Source of the DNA: Marsupella aquatica
Taxonomy: Eukaryota > Plantae > Marchantiophyta
Length of the DNA stretch: 64,000 nt
NCBI GenBank assembly: GCA_973895155.1
Contig: OZ316896.1
Location: 22,463,722-22,527,721, forward strand
Reading direction: 5' to 3'
This document shows, in pieces, positions 36,598 through 52,468 of the stretch (positions within the stretch are counted from its first letter, which is position 1; every line of letters begins with the position of its first letter). The notes below the pieces were generated by a model that ran no database searches, was not told the origin of the DNA, and was given only the letters and a program-made list of their open reading frames with translations. The translations under genes and the position numbers were made by a program.

Positions 36598-36881
36598 CGA
36601 TGATGGCTCCTGCAATTTTCCTCGGTTTCCACGGGAAGGACCAAACTGATCCTCATCTGTCCACTTGGACAACTACAGATGGTTCTTGTCTATGGCCAGA
36701 AACCTGGGTGCTGGAGGACTTTGGTGATGCTCATGTCTTGTGTGTCTCCTATAGAGGCTTATCAAATATGATTGTTGGAGAATGTTTGTTACATGATATC
36801 ATATCACATGGGATTGGACAAACACCTGATTGCCCAGTCATCTTAGTGGGCCACTCCTTTGGTAGCCATGTGATGAAGTAA
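36598..36881 (+). pseudogene. Alpha/beta-hydrolase (SERAC1-like) fragment resembling the N-terminal domain of liverwort hydrolase-NB-ARC-LRR proteins
   Basis: FHG...TW......WP..W..EDF..A.VL.VSY...IGQ...CPVILVGHSFG, then an early stop; internally shortened with no NB-ARC downstream. Confidence 0.7.
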
Positions 36882-38892
36882 ATGTGTCGACCCAAAGCTT
36901 CATAGCTACAAGAGCTCATGAGGGAGTCCCAAAGCTTTCACAGTTACAAGAGCCCATCAGGGCGTCCCAAAGCTTTGTCATGGCTGAAGTTTCAAGACTT
37001 TAAAACGGTATGTTCCACTCCCCAGATAAGCTTCTCTAGCTGCTTCACAGCTCGACCGAGCTTCTCTGCTAGTCTGCACTTGCCAGTGATCACTCATTCC
37101 TTTTAGTAAATTATGTGCAAATGGAACCCCATTGTGATCTATTACTCAGTCGGGGCAAGCCCATACACAGGGTTTACTCAATGTTTACTCTCCACAACTC
37201 TCATGCCCCGCCCAACCAATGGGAGGAGGCTGAACTTAGAGGAATGAGATCTCGATGTCCATTGTTCCCAAGTATCTTTGTCACTCAATGGCACACGAAG
37301 AGACATCCTGTACTGTGACAGCAGATTTTACAGTAGGCAACCATGCCGGAAGTCTACTTTGGTCTTGTTCTATAGGTTGTTTGTCACAGTTGGGTAGCTT
37401 TTTTCATGTCCTGATTGTGTGTCAGGCGGATCTTTACTACTTCTGAACTCCAGCGGTCTTTGTTGTGTGTAGTTGTTGTTTCTTCGGTGGATCCTGTAGG
37501 GACACCTTGTTGGCTGGTACCGTCTTTGGCTTGGCCTGCGGCCGTTCCTGTGTCTTGGGGCCCTTTCCCCTTTTTACCTCCCCTTCATTGGGTAGCTTTG
37601 CCTCTGGGATCATAACTCCCTGGCGTTTTTTTGAACTTGGGCACTGTGATATATAGATTATCCACTGTCTACTTTACTTGTTTAAATAGAATATGTTTCG
37701 AGGCCAAATGCAACATGATATCCTGGGTGACATGTTGTAGTTAACATGACCTCTGCTAGGAGGTTCCTCCTAAAAAAGGAACAAATAAAGTTAAACGGCA
37801 ACATGGTTTAAATGGTTTAGTTGTTGTCCCTAACTATGAAGCTTTGGGACTCTCTGATGGGTTCTTGTTAACTATGGAACTTGATTGAGTTCATTTGTTG
37901 CTGATCGTTGAGTGTTGATTTGCCCATTGTCAACTGCCTCTGTGGCGGTCAACTGCTCAAGGCTGCAAGTGGCTGCAAATAGTGAGCTTGCTTGGGGTAG
38001 AGGCACTGAAATGTTCTGATCTTTGTCTACTATTCTATATACTAAATTAGAACTAAATTGACTTCAAGAGCGTTACGTCTATGCTCAAAGCTCAAATTGT
38101 GGAAAATGTTTTAGGACGAGAAACTGCCCGAAAGAGCGAAAGAAAGAGCACCTAAGGAAGGAGTTCGACATTCAAGTTGTAGACATGAATATCCTCGCTC
38201 CGAAAATTGACAACCATGTGCTTCTTTTTGACGGTTCCCAAATGAATGGGCACAAGTACAGTAAGGTTTCATTTTCATCAGCTAGACCTACACTTGTTCC
38301 TAGAATAATATCTGGTTGGAAGACAGTCTGCCGAACCACAAAAATCCAATTTAATCCAAGGCCCACTTGACAGCCTTTCAGCTCAGAGGTCCTTCAATTG
38401 ATTAGACTTCGTTTGGAACTTCCGAAGTCCCAGTTCAAGAGCTGTCTAGTCCACATCCACATGATCAGCCCTATCCTTATTACCCACAGGGCATGCTCTG
38501 CTGAAGTCCCACAAGTCTCTCTTCACGGCTCACACAAACGTCCAGAGTTGGATTGTAGATAAAGTACATCTTCATATAGAGATCGGTAAGATAAATCGCC
38601 AGTGATGTCTCTTCCAACAGAACTGAATCAACTGAATTGCTCGAGGACACTGCCTGTCACTTTCATAGATCTTCCCAGGAAATGTTACAACTGAAACAAA
38701 TCGCCAATTGGTATACTGGAAATACTACTTTTTTCCTTCAATAGTACAATCAAGCCCACAAGCACTAACGTCCTTCAAAGCCCTTTCAGAAACAAGGTGA
38801 CCGGCTGAAAGGCATTATTCTCAATGCTCTATAAAAAAGGAATCTTTCCTTGTTTGAATGTACAAAGTATACACCAGAGGACCTTCCTATCT

Positions 38893-41101
<2,209 letters not shown>

Positions 41102-41359
41102 CTCGCTGCTCGCGATAGAGCAGGCGACCGATCGAATTGCTCGATGTGGAGGATTTGAGGCTCCGCTTCCCACGCTGAGAAAAACTGGAATCGATCCGTG
41201 GAACGAACACTACGATAGAATCGATGAATACGTGAGGCGATAGAACAATGCAAAGAGTACTTTGCTTCAAAGGCAATAAAACTGGAGGCGGTAATAAGGG
41301 TCGTTTTACAGCATCTGGAGATCCTTATTTTAGGGATGAGGGCTAAAATAAGGGTGGTT

Positions 41360-42240
41360 TTAAAGCATCTCCAACCCAATGGGGGTTATCCTATACAATA
41401 TGGCTTATTGTATAGGATAACCCTCTTTTAGTCTGGGGTCAGTGGGCCCTAACCTGGCTGACCAGGTTACTACCAAATCCTGACAGGAGGGAGCTGGGAA
41501 GGATTTGGAAGGAACCAAGGAAACCCGGTTAGGCCTTGTAATAGCCATCAAAAAATGGATTGACGTTTGTAACGGGTGATCCCCGGTTCAGCCACAGGTG
41601 AAGTGACATTGGTTTCAAGGTTCCAATTAGAGAGTAGGAGCCCTAGGAATCTGTGGAATGTGTAGGGTAACCCATCCCCAAGAGGGGGTAATGGGATGTA
41701 ATGCCAGAGGGCGCTGAGCTCGAGGGGGTTACATCCATTATCCCCAAGTGGGAATGAGTTACCGAGCATAAAGCCTGAGTAAATCTTTACAGAACATTCA
41801 GTTCAATTTGACACACTAAAAGTTTGATCTATCATTGTCTACCACTTGCAGTTACCTTATTTCTCATTCAAATTTCATAATCCCCAGGCCAAGCTGGCCC
41901 AGGGGTTCAGTGGCTTCACCTGGGGGTAATGTCTCATAACCTGGTACACAGAAAGAAAGAAAAAAATTCACGAGGGGTTTATGAGGACTAGTAAGGGTGG
42001 CTTTAGAGCATCTGCAACCCTAAGTGCTTTCTCTTATAGGGTATTATTAGGGGATTAACTTTCATAACCCGGTGATTGCCGGTTCAGCAACTGGTGAAAT
42101 GACACGAGTTTCAAGTGTCTAATCAGAGAGTAGGAGGCCTAGGCGTCTGCGGAATGGGGACTAGTAAGGGTGGTTTTAGAGCATCTGCAACCCTACATGG
42201 TTTCTCTTATAGGGTATTATTAAATACCCAATGTTATATA
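41360..42240. mobile_element. Non-autonomous DNA-transposon-like repeat (PIF/Harbinger-Tourist-like) with internal duplication; related copy at 57930-58200 plus 59190-59470
   Basis: AGCATCT(C/G)CAA terminus at ~41366, 42006 and 42180; 41441-41660 matches 57930-58150 and 41665-41940 matches 59195-59470. Confidence 0.65.
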
Positions 42241-42367
42241 TTGAAAACCATTCTTTCATTACTGGGTCCCAAGAGCTAAATAGAAAGTTATTTCATTTCC
42301 TTGCCTCCTAGGCCAGCCCACATGCCTCTATGGGGCGCCCTTGGATGGGGGGGGGGGGGATGTTTGG

Positions 42368-42830
42368 GGCAAGGAGCCTTCTCATTATAATGTGTCCGTT
42401 TGCACCATGGGAGTCTGAAGTTTGGTCTAACTTATTCTTTTTGGTATGTACCGTACACCCAGAACATCAAGATCATCCATTTTTTACAAGCAATTTAATC
42501 TAAAGTGAAAAAAATTGATTTTGAAAACCTACAAAAATTAGTGTTAGGGAACACTCATTCTTGCATAACTTCAATCAGGGTGAACAGTGTAGGTGATCAT
42601 CTAATCTCCTGTCAATTGTGGAAGCCCAAAGAACTGTGGAATTCATTGTTTAAGCTTGTGATTGAGAGTAGATGGCAGGGTTCAACCGAGGCTTAACATG
42701 CAACAAAAGTGGAGTCGTTGGAAGAGGCAAGGAGCCTTCTGATTATAATGTGTCCCTTTGTATCATGGGAGTCTGAAGTTTGGTCTAACTTATTCTTTTT
42801 GGTATGCACTGTACACCCAGAACATCAACT
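42368..42830. repeat. Segmental duplication including the last ~23 codons and 3' UTR of the P450
   Basis: 42468-42722 copies 43100-43365 (...PLLL.VKPRLNPAIYSQSQA*); 42368-42468 is repeated at 42727-42828. Confidence 0.85.
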
Positions 42831-42875
42831 TATTTGGAAAGGTGCGAATTGAATTCCATTTTGGAGACTCATCTA

Positions 42876-43221
42876 CACTGTTCACCGTAATTAGTGTGAC
42901 TAACACTAATTCAAGAGCACCCATTTTTAGGGTCTATTTGCAAATTAAATGTTAGTCACACTAATTTTGTGCTAACATTATTTTTGCGCACATGTATTAG
43001 TGTTATAGTGGTCTTAAGAGTGTAAAAAATAGAAGGAAGAAAACTATGTAGAAAAAATACATTAGTGTTACTTTGGAGTCAAGATCATCCATTTGGAGTC
43101 AAGATCATCCATTTTTTACAAGCAACTTAAACTAAAGTGAAAAAAAATTATTTTGTAAACCTACAAAAATTAGTGTTAGGGAACACTCATTCTTGCATAA
43201 CTTCAATTAGGGTGAACAGTG
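42876..43221. mobile_element. MITE with a TA target duplication (Tc1/mariner-Stowaway-like) about 70 bp downstream of the P450 stop
   Basis: TA-CACTGTTCACC.TAATT ... AATTA.GGTGAACAGTG-TA terminal inverted repeats around an AT-rich interior. Confidence 0.8.
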
Positions 43222-43292
43222 TAGGTGATAATTAGGTGATAATCTAATCTCCTGTCAATTGTGGAAGCCCAAAGAACTGTGGAATTCATTGT

Positions 43293-45665
43293 TTAAGCTT
43301 GTGATTGAGAGTAGATAGCAGGGTTCAACCGAGGCTTAGCACGCAACAAAAGTGGAGTCGCTGGACGAGACAAGGTAGTAATCACCTCCGCCTTGTCAAT
43401 GTCGTCGATTGTCTTCCCAGGTAGCGGACTCCAATCAAAGGCATGAGCGAGAGTGGCAATCACTCTCTGAACCGTCAGCAGCCCCATCGGAGCCGCTGGA
43501 CACTTCCGCCTCCCACTTCCGAATGGAAGCAAGCTGAAGAGATTCCCCTCTGTGATATTGATCTTTTCCTTCGAGTTCATGAACCTCTCAGGATTGAACT
43601 TCTCAGGGTCTTCCCAGTTAAGAGGGTCCCGAGCAATGAGTTCAACGTACACAAAGACAGTTGTGTTGGCAGGGACGAAGAACCCTTGCACGGTCGTTGC
43701 TTCTGCGGAGAAGTGGGAGACCAAGAGAGGAACAGGAGGGTGCAACCGAAGGGTCTCATGAATAACAGCTTGAAAATATGGCAGCTTGGGGTAATCAGAC
43801 TCCTCCACGGGTCGCTCTTTGCCAACTACTTCGTCCATCTCCTTTTGCAGCTTGGTGAGACAATCTGAGCAAAAATTGGCAAGGCATCTTAAATGTCAAC
43901 AACTATTTTACAGCTTCGAAAGGGTCTCTCTCTACGCATCAGAATACGTGAGTCGATTGGATTTCTAGTTGTTCTCTTCATTTTGTTGCGAGCCTGGTTG
44001 CGAGCATGTTGTGTCGTGTTGTATTGTGTGACTTATTGCACGTGATTAATTGGATACCGTCATGGACTTAGCGAGTCATGGTCCGAAAGCTTTCTTGTAC
44101 TCAGGGGGCGGCAAGATGTACGGTACAACGAAAAGGAAGTGATCACAACAATTTTCCAGATTCCCTTTTACCTGGATTTGTGACGAGCTCCAGGATACCC
44201 CACTCTGCAGTGATAGCACTACTGTCCGTTCCTCCAACTAGCATGTCGAAAAGAGAGCCCAAAACAGCGTTCTCAGAAATTTTCCCCTCGTCATGAAGTT
44301 TCAGCATAGTGTCCAGAAAGTCTGTGTCTGTGGAGCGCTTATTGGTCCTCCTCGCTTCTCTGTGATCCTGAAATCACAATTCCAACGATCGCAATTCCTA
44401 AGAAACACATATCTTCAATATATTCTATTCTCTGCATGTCAGCATGTCGACACAGGATCCAAACTTGATCCAAAATTAGTGCTGCTTTCCTGCAACGCTT
44501 CAGTTCCGTGAACTGTACCTCAATACTCTGCCCGAACACCCTACGACAGAGCTGGTTGTACTCCTTAAACTCTTTGGTGCATCCTTGATAATTCACCAAA
44601 GCAAGCCATGGGAATATGTCCCCGAGATTCAGTTTCAAAATGAGATCAGTGGCGCTGCGGATAATGTCAGGGCAGTGCTTGAGCTGGTCCGTTTCGGAGG
44701 TCAGTGAATCAGAGTACCGCCTTCCGAAGATGAGCGAGCAGAGCAAGTTGACGGTCAGGTCGAGGGTCGACTTGCCCACGTTTATGATACCTTCTGAGTT
44801 TATCTGCCTTTGGATGTCCTCCGCCAGAAACATACCTGCAACAAGTTTGTTAACAATGAGTGCACCTTGAAACACAGTTTGTATCTGTTGTGGTCGTCCA
44901 TCCGAAACAAGAGATGTGGCACAAGTTATGATTCCAAACTCGAGGAGAACCTACTACTCAAATCTCCATGAATCAGAAAAACGAGTGTTACACCATGAAA
45001 ACACTGTATCTTGATGAATTACACCATCCAGCAACCGTCCGAGTGTTGGCATCCAGTCTCTAAATTAATAAAAGATCAAATTATCATGGAATTCACGGCA
45101 ACGACGTGAGAAGACTCGGTTGATCCAAATTAAAGCAAGAATTGTCCAGATAGCTCGTACCTTCACGCCTCCTCATGTTCACAAAACGGTGCTGCGCAGA
45201 GAGATTGAATACATTCACAGTGAGCAACTTCTTCAAGTTCTTGTGTGCCTCGTCATAATTGGCCAACAGAATGTCTTCGCAGTCAAACGCCATGTACTTG
45301 GCAGCGGATTTCAAGATTGCATTGATTGGTCTATTTGCGAATACAACATCCTTTGTCTTCAGAACTTCCTCGGCTCCCTCCGCTGTACCCACAATGAGTA
45401 TCCCATGCGAACCGAGACGGAAATAGAAGATCTTCCCAAACTTTTTGGCCATTTTTTTGTACCACTCGCCAATGTTTGCCTCTACTGAGAACATGGCACC
45501 GACCACTGGCAGATTGAGAGGACCTGGCGGTAGATTGGCCCTAGATTTGGATCCCGGGAAGGTCTTGATTACGATCAGCCCGAGAACGACTGTCACAGTG
45601 ACCGCAGCTAAAATCTTCGTCTCCAATTCATTTTCGAAGAAGATTTTCTCCACCCACTTGCCCAT
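43293..45665 (-). CDS. Cytochrome P450, CYP71 clan, 4 exons, apparently intact
   Basis: Exons 45665-45161, 44835-44519, 44367-44172, 43864-43293 join in frame. TM anchor, LPPGP, I-helix GGTDSS, ETLR, PERF and heme motif PFGSGRRKCPA are present. Confidence 0.95.
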
Positions 45666-47089
45666 GATGGCTGTTGAAGTCGTAGATCCCGTTGCCGTCC
45701 ACAAGCCCTTAGCGAAAATGAGATTTGTGAGGTTTCGCAGCATCAGGCCACAAAGTAGAATGGAAATGCATACTACTTGTGATTGCAAGTGTTCGAGTCT
45801 TCAATAGTTTCTATATGGAATGAATGAAATGGAATGTGCATGTTACTCTTCACCGGAAAAGCTACAGTTACTGATGGACAGAGTAGGTGCCTGATTTTAA
45901 CAGCCTCATGTGATGCCTGATGCTTTACTTTTTGTCGGGTAGTGATGTGTAAGTGGATAAAATTAGAGAGTAAAACTAGAATACATATTAAATGTGAATT
46001 GGATAAAATAATATAAGCAAAGCACATGCAAATAAAAGCACATAGTGACCCATGAAAAGTAAAATTAAAATTTTATGACACAAAGTTAAAAGCACATAGT
46101 GACCCATGAAAAGTAAAATTAAATTTTAAGACACAAAGTTATTAGTAGTTGTGCACTTATTTCAATGTGCCTTATTCATGACACTCATTTCAATAAAAAC
46201 CATAAACTATATATATCAAATTGCCAAAAAATAGAGGGTGCCGAACCGAGAGACATGATCCCTCAGGCAAAAGACCCAATCAAGGGGGGGACCACCAAGG
46301 GGCCAAGAAAAGCAAGACACCACATAACAAAAGCAAACCCAAAGACGAGGACCTAAACGCCTACCTATCAACAAACAGGAGAGCCTGGTATAGCTTTGGT
46401 GTGAACAGCATGGGAGGGTCTAAGCAAAGGAATCCTACTAGAGGCCCTAAGACCAACAGCCTCCCCCCTACGAAGAATAGTGAATGTGTGTGCCCGCTGA
46501 AGCGCAACAGACACCCTCTGTCTAAAGAATGTGGTGATGACAAACACTGGGGGATGACAAACACGGTGGCTGACCCATGAGGCAAGGGTGAGGAAGACCC
46601 AATCAAAGGCGCATGGATGTGGTAAATATAACAGAACTCATGTACGAAAGGGGGCCCAAAGAGGACTTACCGATAGCCAAGCCCCCAACCAACGCCCAAA
46701 CCGGATAAGAGAGTGCCCGTACCGAATCTGAGAGTGCCTCAGATAGCATGTTGGAAAGGGTATGTCGGTGCATGCGATCAGAAATCACCTGTTGGACTTG
46801 ATCTGGGCTGTCCAAAACAACTCCCTCAAATGCAGGGACCACGCTCTACATGTCCTCCGGCAATAATGACCGTGCATGACAAAGCTGGACCTGAAACAGG
46901 AGAGCTCCGTTCTCCACTCCCATGACTGAGTCAGAGAGGATAGACCGAAGGTGTTGAGCTATGACGTCTTCCTTTATGACAATACAATCGTGACTCATAC
47001 CATGCTCACGTCCAGTCGACACAATCCATACAAGAGGAAAAGAAAAGCAAAGATAAGAAGGAAGCATGACAACGAATGAAGCTTTGTAG

Positions 47090-47661
47090 CGAGTGTCAAG
47101 GCGTGACTATCGACGACTGACCTGACGGCCTGAGCTGAACCTGAGCTTAAGAGATCTGAGTCAAGAGACATGGAAACCTAGAGTTAAAGAAGGCTACACA
47201 AGAAAATTGATGTAACTTTTACCCCCAAAAAATTATTGAAATAAAGTGAAGATGTTTTAAATTCTTTTAAGTTGAGTGCAAGAACTGTGAATTTCCCAAG
47301 TAATTAAGAACTTAAGTGCAAGCAAAAAGAAGTATAAAAGAGTGAGTTGAATTAAAAGGATGTGTTAAATTAGGATTAAGTATGGAATAAAAATGAAAGT
47401 TGATTATGAATTTAAAAAAGCACTAAGTTAGATTTAGGTTAAGAGAAAGGACCACCTTCAACCTTGATTGAAACAAAAATAAATTAAATAAATAAATGAA
47501 ACCCTTGTTTAATGATTGAGTATGAAAGATGAAAACTAAGTGAATTTTAATATGTGGTTTGGATATAAGTATCTATTAATATGAAATGGGAAGCGATATA
47601 GAGGGTCCCTAGAATATTAGTAAAACCCTTTTCTACATCACAATAAATGGTTTCCCGGACA
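47090..47661. mobile_element. AT-rich insertion (LTR-like fragment) interrupting the CRE element
   Basis: Non-coding block between two colinear CRE pieces; boundaries approximate and no clear TSD. Confidence 0.4.
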
Positions 47662-48149
47662 ACGGTAGGAGGGACTGTCTGGAGAAGATAGGAAGGATGT
47701 TGAATAAAACACAGGACCAGGATCAAAAAGGAGATCTAGGCATCCCCCAAGGCCACCAACTGGTCAATATGCAATAAGTCCTGGGATAGGGCAGCCTGAA
47801 AAAAATCATGCTCAAAGACAGCTCCCCCCAATGGCACCCCAAGGACTCTAATGCACTTGAGCCGAATGAGTATACCAAGAGGTGGAGTGAAGGAGTTGGG
47901 GAGGGGGAGACAAGACTAAACCCCACACTTCCTAGGCTAAACTGAAAGACCAATGAGGGTAAGCTGGTCCACAAAGTGGGAATAGGCATCCCCAACAAGC
48001 GAGACCGGGACAACAATGTGAGTATTGTCCGCAACAGAAAGAAACCAGCAGCCCGGGAAAGCAGCCAAAGAGGCTTGAATAGCACAAAGATGCGCCACAA
48101 CAAACAATGCCTAGTCCTAGACTCGGAGGAAATGGTCAAGTAGGACCTA

Positions 48150-48432
48150 GAAACAAGCTTGGGGGTTTGACTATAAAAAATTTTAGGAACCACATGCGAT
48201 CCAAAATAGGTATTTTTCATAGAAATTAGCTAAATTTTTAAAAAATGTATGAAACAAAAGAAGGTATTATAAACCCATATTTGTAGAATATTCTCTAATA
48301 TATACCTTTTATAAAGTAAAATAGGTCATTAATATTGGAAGTTGAGAATATTTTTGGAATATTCATGTTATAAAATAGGTGTGTTTATATTAGGCTAGGA
48401 TCGCACGTGGTACCCCAAAATATACACTAAGT
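48150..48432. mobile_element. MITE-like insertion in the CRE RT domain
   Basis: Inverted repeats accacatgcgatcc (~48189) and ggatcgcacgtggt (~48398) flank an AT-rich core. Confidence 0.6.
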
Positions 48433-50565
48433 TAACCCCCCGAGGAAACAAGATGGTCAGGGTAAACCAAGGGGGTTGGGGCCCCATAGAAGGCCCAGGC
48501 AAAGGGGATGCATGAGGGATGCAATCTCCCCTCCAGCGGCCCACAACTCCTCAAACATGATCCAAAGGGATACGGAGTTGAATGCGTTAGCCACATCCAC
48601 CTAAATACCCACCCAGTCGAGGTGGATATCCAAGATGGCACGAAGGCCATGCACCGCAATCTTGCAACCGCCAGGGTGGCCACACCAAACTGGTGAGGAA
48701 AAAAATGAGATGAAAATGGAGCCCGAGTCTGAGACAAATACAACAGCTCACCAATCAAAACAAGACCTCCCCGATGGCCAAGGGCCTGACACCCCCAGTC
48801 TCTTTGGCCATAGCCAAAAGCCAACAGGCCCCCAAAAGCCAAGCGACCATAGGAGGAATACTCCCTGCAACATGGGCACAAACTTAGAACAACTCAAAAA
48901 AACCAGATGTTGAGTCGTCACATGTTGATCTTGTAGGTGCTTGAATCTCATCACAGAAACCCTGCCCGTTGTCGCAAGGACTGAATGTAGGGGTCACCTC
49001 GGGAAAATGGATTGTTTCTGGCTGCGATCCAGACAAGTGATAAACACAATTTGGGGCCCAAACTCAAACACTTTACTTTCTGAAAACTTTGTGATCAATA
49101 CAATGGGTGCCCTCGAGCGGGTCACTCATGAAAGCCTGGTGTCTAACCCTTCGGCGGGCTGCTATCTATCTTCCATTGAGCTATCGTCCTCTGGAAAGCT
49201 ATCAAGTCAGAAATCCACGAAAATCCAATTCTTCAAGTGCTCAAGCTCAGAACTTCGATCCTACTCAAATTCTATCAGTTTGCATCACCAACGATCCAAC
49301 TCTCAAGCTCGCTGGTTCACAATCGATAACACCTTGTCGCGCCAATAACCCGGGCCTTAATCCGAGTCTCGGGGGTCCACTATATGGGGACCTCCCCATC
49401 GCCTGCGACGTTTTTAGGCCTCGGACCCCCTAAAATGTAAGAATTTTTTTTTATTTTTTAACCCCTATAAAGTTGGAATATTCTTGGAATATTCCAAAAA
49501 TTGGATTAAAAAGACCCTAATGTTCTTATAAGTGTCAAAATTAAATTTAAAAAACCCTATTGTTCTTCTACAAAAATTCTTAAGTCTTCCCTTAGAACCA
49601 ATAAAATGACCCTATCCTTCGTCGCACGTGATATGTCATTTTTGTGGAAGTGAAACCCCCGAGATCCGAGTTAGTTCCTTGGCGCGCGCACGACCACCAG
49701 TAGAGGTAAGGTTTTGCGCAAGGAGGTGTGTAGTGGCCCTAGTTAGCCCAAGTCGGACTATATTGATATACGTACCGGTATAATATTACATGACAATCAC
49801 TGATATCATAGGTATTTTTTATTTCCACCTCTGGAAGACTCCCATAGTTAGTGACTCGAACTAACTCCTGGCTTGGGGACTTTCAAGCCATTGACGCGAC
49901 TTAGAACTTTGCAACATGCACTTCTTCAACAATCCCAACCATTTAGTTCGCACCCCGTGCGTCCCTTAAAATGGCGCCTTTGCCCAGGCAAGGCATGCAT
50001 ACAACACCAGTTACTCGTGAGAGATCAAAGGGAAAAGACTTGTTTTACTCAGATAAGAGGAACTAGTTTACATAGTTGACTTGACTTCTAAGGGATCAGC
50101 AGGCCTAATGGCAGTCGATGTCTAGTCTCTACGAGGTCCTGCCCCGCACTTGCCGAGCAAGCTCGACTTTGGCTCTTACTCCTTAGTGCTCTCTGATCCT
50201 ACTCAAGCCGGGACTCCCTGTGCCTCACCTGTCCTTATACTAAGATAAAACCAAGCCTCTCCCCCTCCCTTAGCGGAAGGGGGAACCTAAATACTACTTT
50301 GCGGAAAGGAACCGGAAGATACTACCTCCCGGGGTGATGCCTAACTGACTAACTACCTTCTGACTAGTTGGCCGTATTTCCCCTGACCGGTTGACCATCA
50401 GTGGCAAGGGGCGCTGACCGGGGCGTCAGTAGCTAAGTCTATTGCTCACAATTCTAGTCCGTCAATGGACTCTATCCTACATCGGCTGGCCCTAACTGAC
50501 CCTGCCCTAATCCTTTCTACTTCGCTGCTAATCGGCGCCTAATGACAACTATTCTATCGTTAAGT

Positions 50566-52465
50566 CTAATAAAAAAGATGTCGCTGACCCAACTGCATCG
50601 AGCGGCGCCTGCCCGCTTCTCCACTAACCACCCCTTGCGCGTGTGTTGCCGTTGGTCCAGGGTTTGTCCTCTTGTCGGGACGAGACCTCGAGCCACCTTG
50701 ATCAGAGGTGGTTCCAGGTCCATCCCGCTGACATACGAGTAGGGTAATGCGCTCTTGCAAGGCCTTGTTATCCCGTACCGCCTCCTCCGCCTCGTTTGCG
50801 GCTTTGTCGGCCTCAGCCTGGAGCCGTGCCACCTCTAGGCTGAGCTGGCCGATGGTGTCACCATGGGTCTGGTTCTGCATCAACTGTTTGTCTCGCTCGG
50901 TGGAGAGACTAGTTACCTGTTGGGCTGCCTTTGTGAATTGGTCGTTGAGGTCGGTCAGGTTGGTAACCCGAGCCGAGGACTCCGAGCGCAACTGAAGTAC
51001 AGTATCCTCTAGTTTCTCGAGGTCCGCTTGAGTCGGGAGCAACTCTTGGTTGAGTCCTTCTTGCTGGTTGGTGGTGCGGACTAACTCGTCACGGCGTGCA
51101 GTGGTCTCCTCCTCCGGATGCTCCACTACCATCTGGAGTCGTCCGATCTTGTTTCCCTTTGCCATGAGTTCTTCCTCCAGGCGGTTTACGATTCAAGGTT
51201 GATACTCTAACATGAAGGAAGTTGGTTGGAAGTATTGTGCGACTTGTTGCCCGATATACGTCGCCAGTTCCTCCGATAGGTTCTGGCTAAACTTCTGGAC
51301 CAGGTTGTGGGCTACGGTACCCGGGACTACCTGGCAGAGGTGCGTCCTCAGGCGGGGCGACCACTTCCTCCGTAGTCCGTAATGGGGAGGGAATGGTTTC
51401 TTCAGGCGGCGGAGGAATGGGAGGTGGTTGTGTTGGGGGTAGCGAAGGAGGTGGCGGAGGTGTAGTCCGCGGTGCTGCAGGTTCGGGATTTACCCGAGGT
51501 GTGGTAGTCCGCTCAATCAATGCAGTCTCTTCAGGAGCGGGGGCGACGCTAGTCGGGCCCGAGGTGGCCATATTCTTTCCCTTGGCCTTCCGCCGTGCCT
51601 TGTACCAAGCTAGGATGATGGCGATTTGACTTCCTAGATAGGTCTTTCCCCCGATGACATACCTGCTTGAGCCCGCTTAAGCTCCCCCAAGAACATGCGG
51701 CTAAAGAATTGGGCCCAGTTCCGCCGTTTGTACTGCTCCACTTGTACAATCGTACAGAGGGAGATCTCGGATCATTGCTAGATCATGTGTAAGGTAGTCC
51801 GTATGAAGTTAAGCCGCTCCATACAGACTAAGTTGGTACATGACCCCTGCTTATACCCGTTGTCCGTCTTACCCTCGGGTTTGAAGTGTTGGGGTCTATA
51901 CTCCTTATCCCAAATTTGGAGTTCAACCGACATGGGCCCGGTTGGTAGACAAGATTTGTGCCAACCGATACTCCGTAAGCAATAGGGTCTGCCCTGAGAC
52001 CTTGGTGGCAGCCGCATCAATGTCAAAGTTGGAGATGAACTCATAAACATCCTTTGCCCCGGATGCGCTAGGCCTCCATAGCAAATGAGCAAACTGCTCC
52101 AACTGATGCTCCTTAAGGTAGCTCGCGTGGTCTGGTTTCTTGATGGCGGTCTAGACTACCTCGGGGACACAGATTACCTACAGCAGGTCCGGCTGTCGGT
52201 GGTCGGAGGGCCATTGGGATTGGTTGTTGGATGGCGGGTTGGCCGGGGCAACAACAGGTACGAGGGCGGCATTAGTCCATGCAGTTGGTTCTGGACCCGG
52301 CATATTCCTTGCTCGCTTACGGGAGCATTGCTCTAGTTGCGGACTAACTGGTCCGTCAGAACCTAAAGAGCACTCAGTGTTGTTCACTGGACGGACTTGG
52401 GTTCGGTTTGGGGGTACGCCGGTAGTCATAGGCCGAGTGGCTAGGGGTGCCGTCGGAGTAGCCAT
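50566..52465 (-). pseudogene. Interrupted accessory ORF in the 4-kb element: N-terminal region, Pro-rich linker, long coiled coil
   Basis: ORF pieces 52465-52178, 52092-51778, 51571-51287 (PPPPPSLPP) and 51165-50566 (heptad-rich LEKLEDTVLQL...) appear connectable across stops and frameshifts. Confidence 0.55.
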
Positions 52466-52468
52466 ATC

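Noticed and set aside
44339-44519. P450 pseudogene suggested by ORF-track stops
   Set aside because: The stops fall in introns; GT-AG splicing gives an uninterrupted protein
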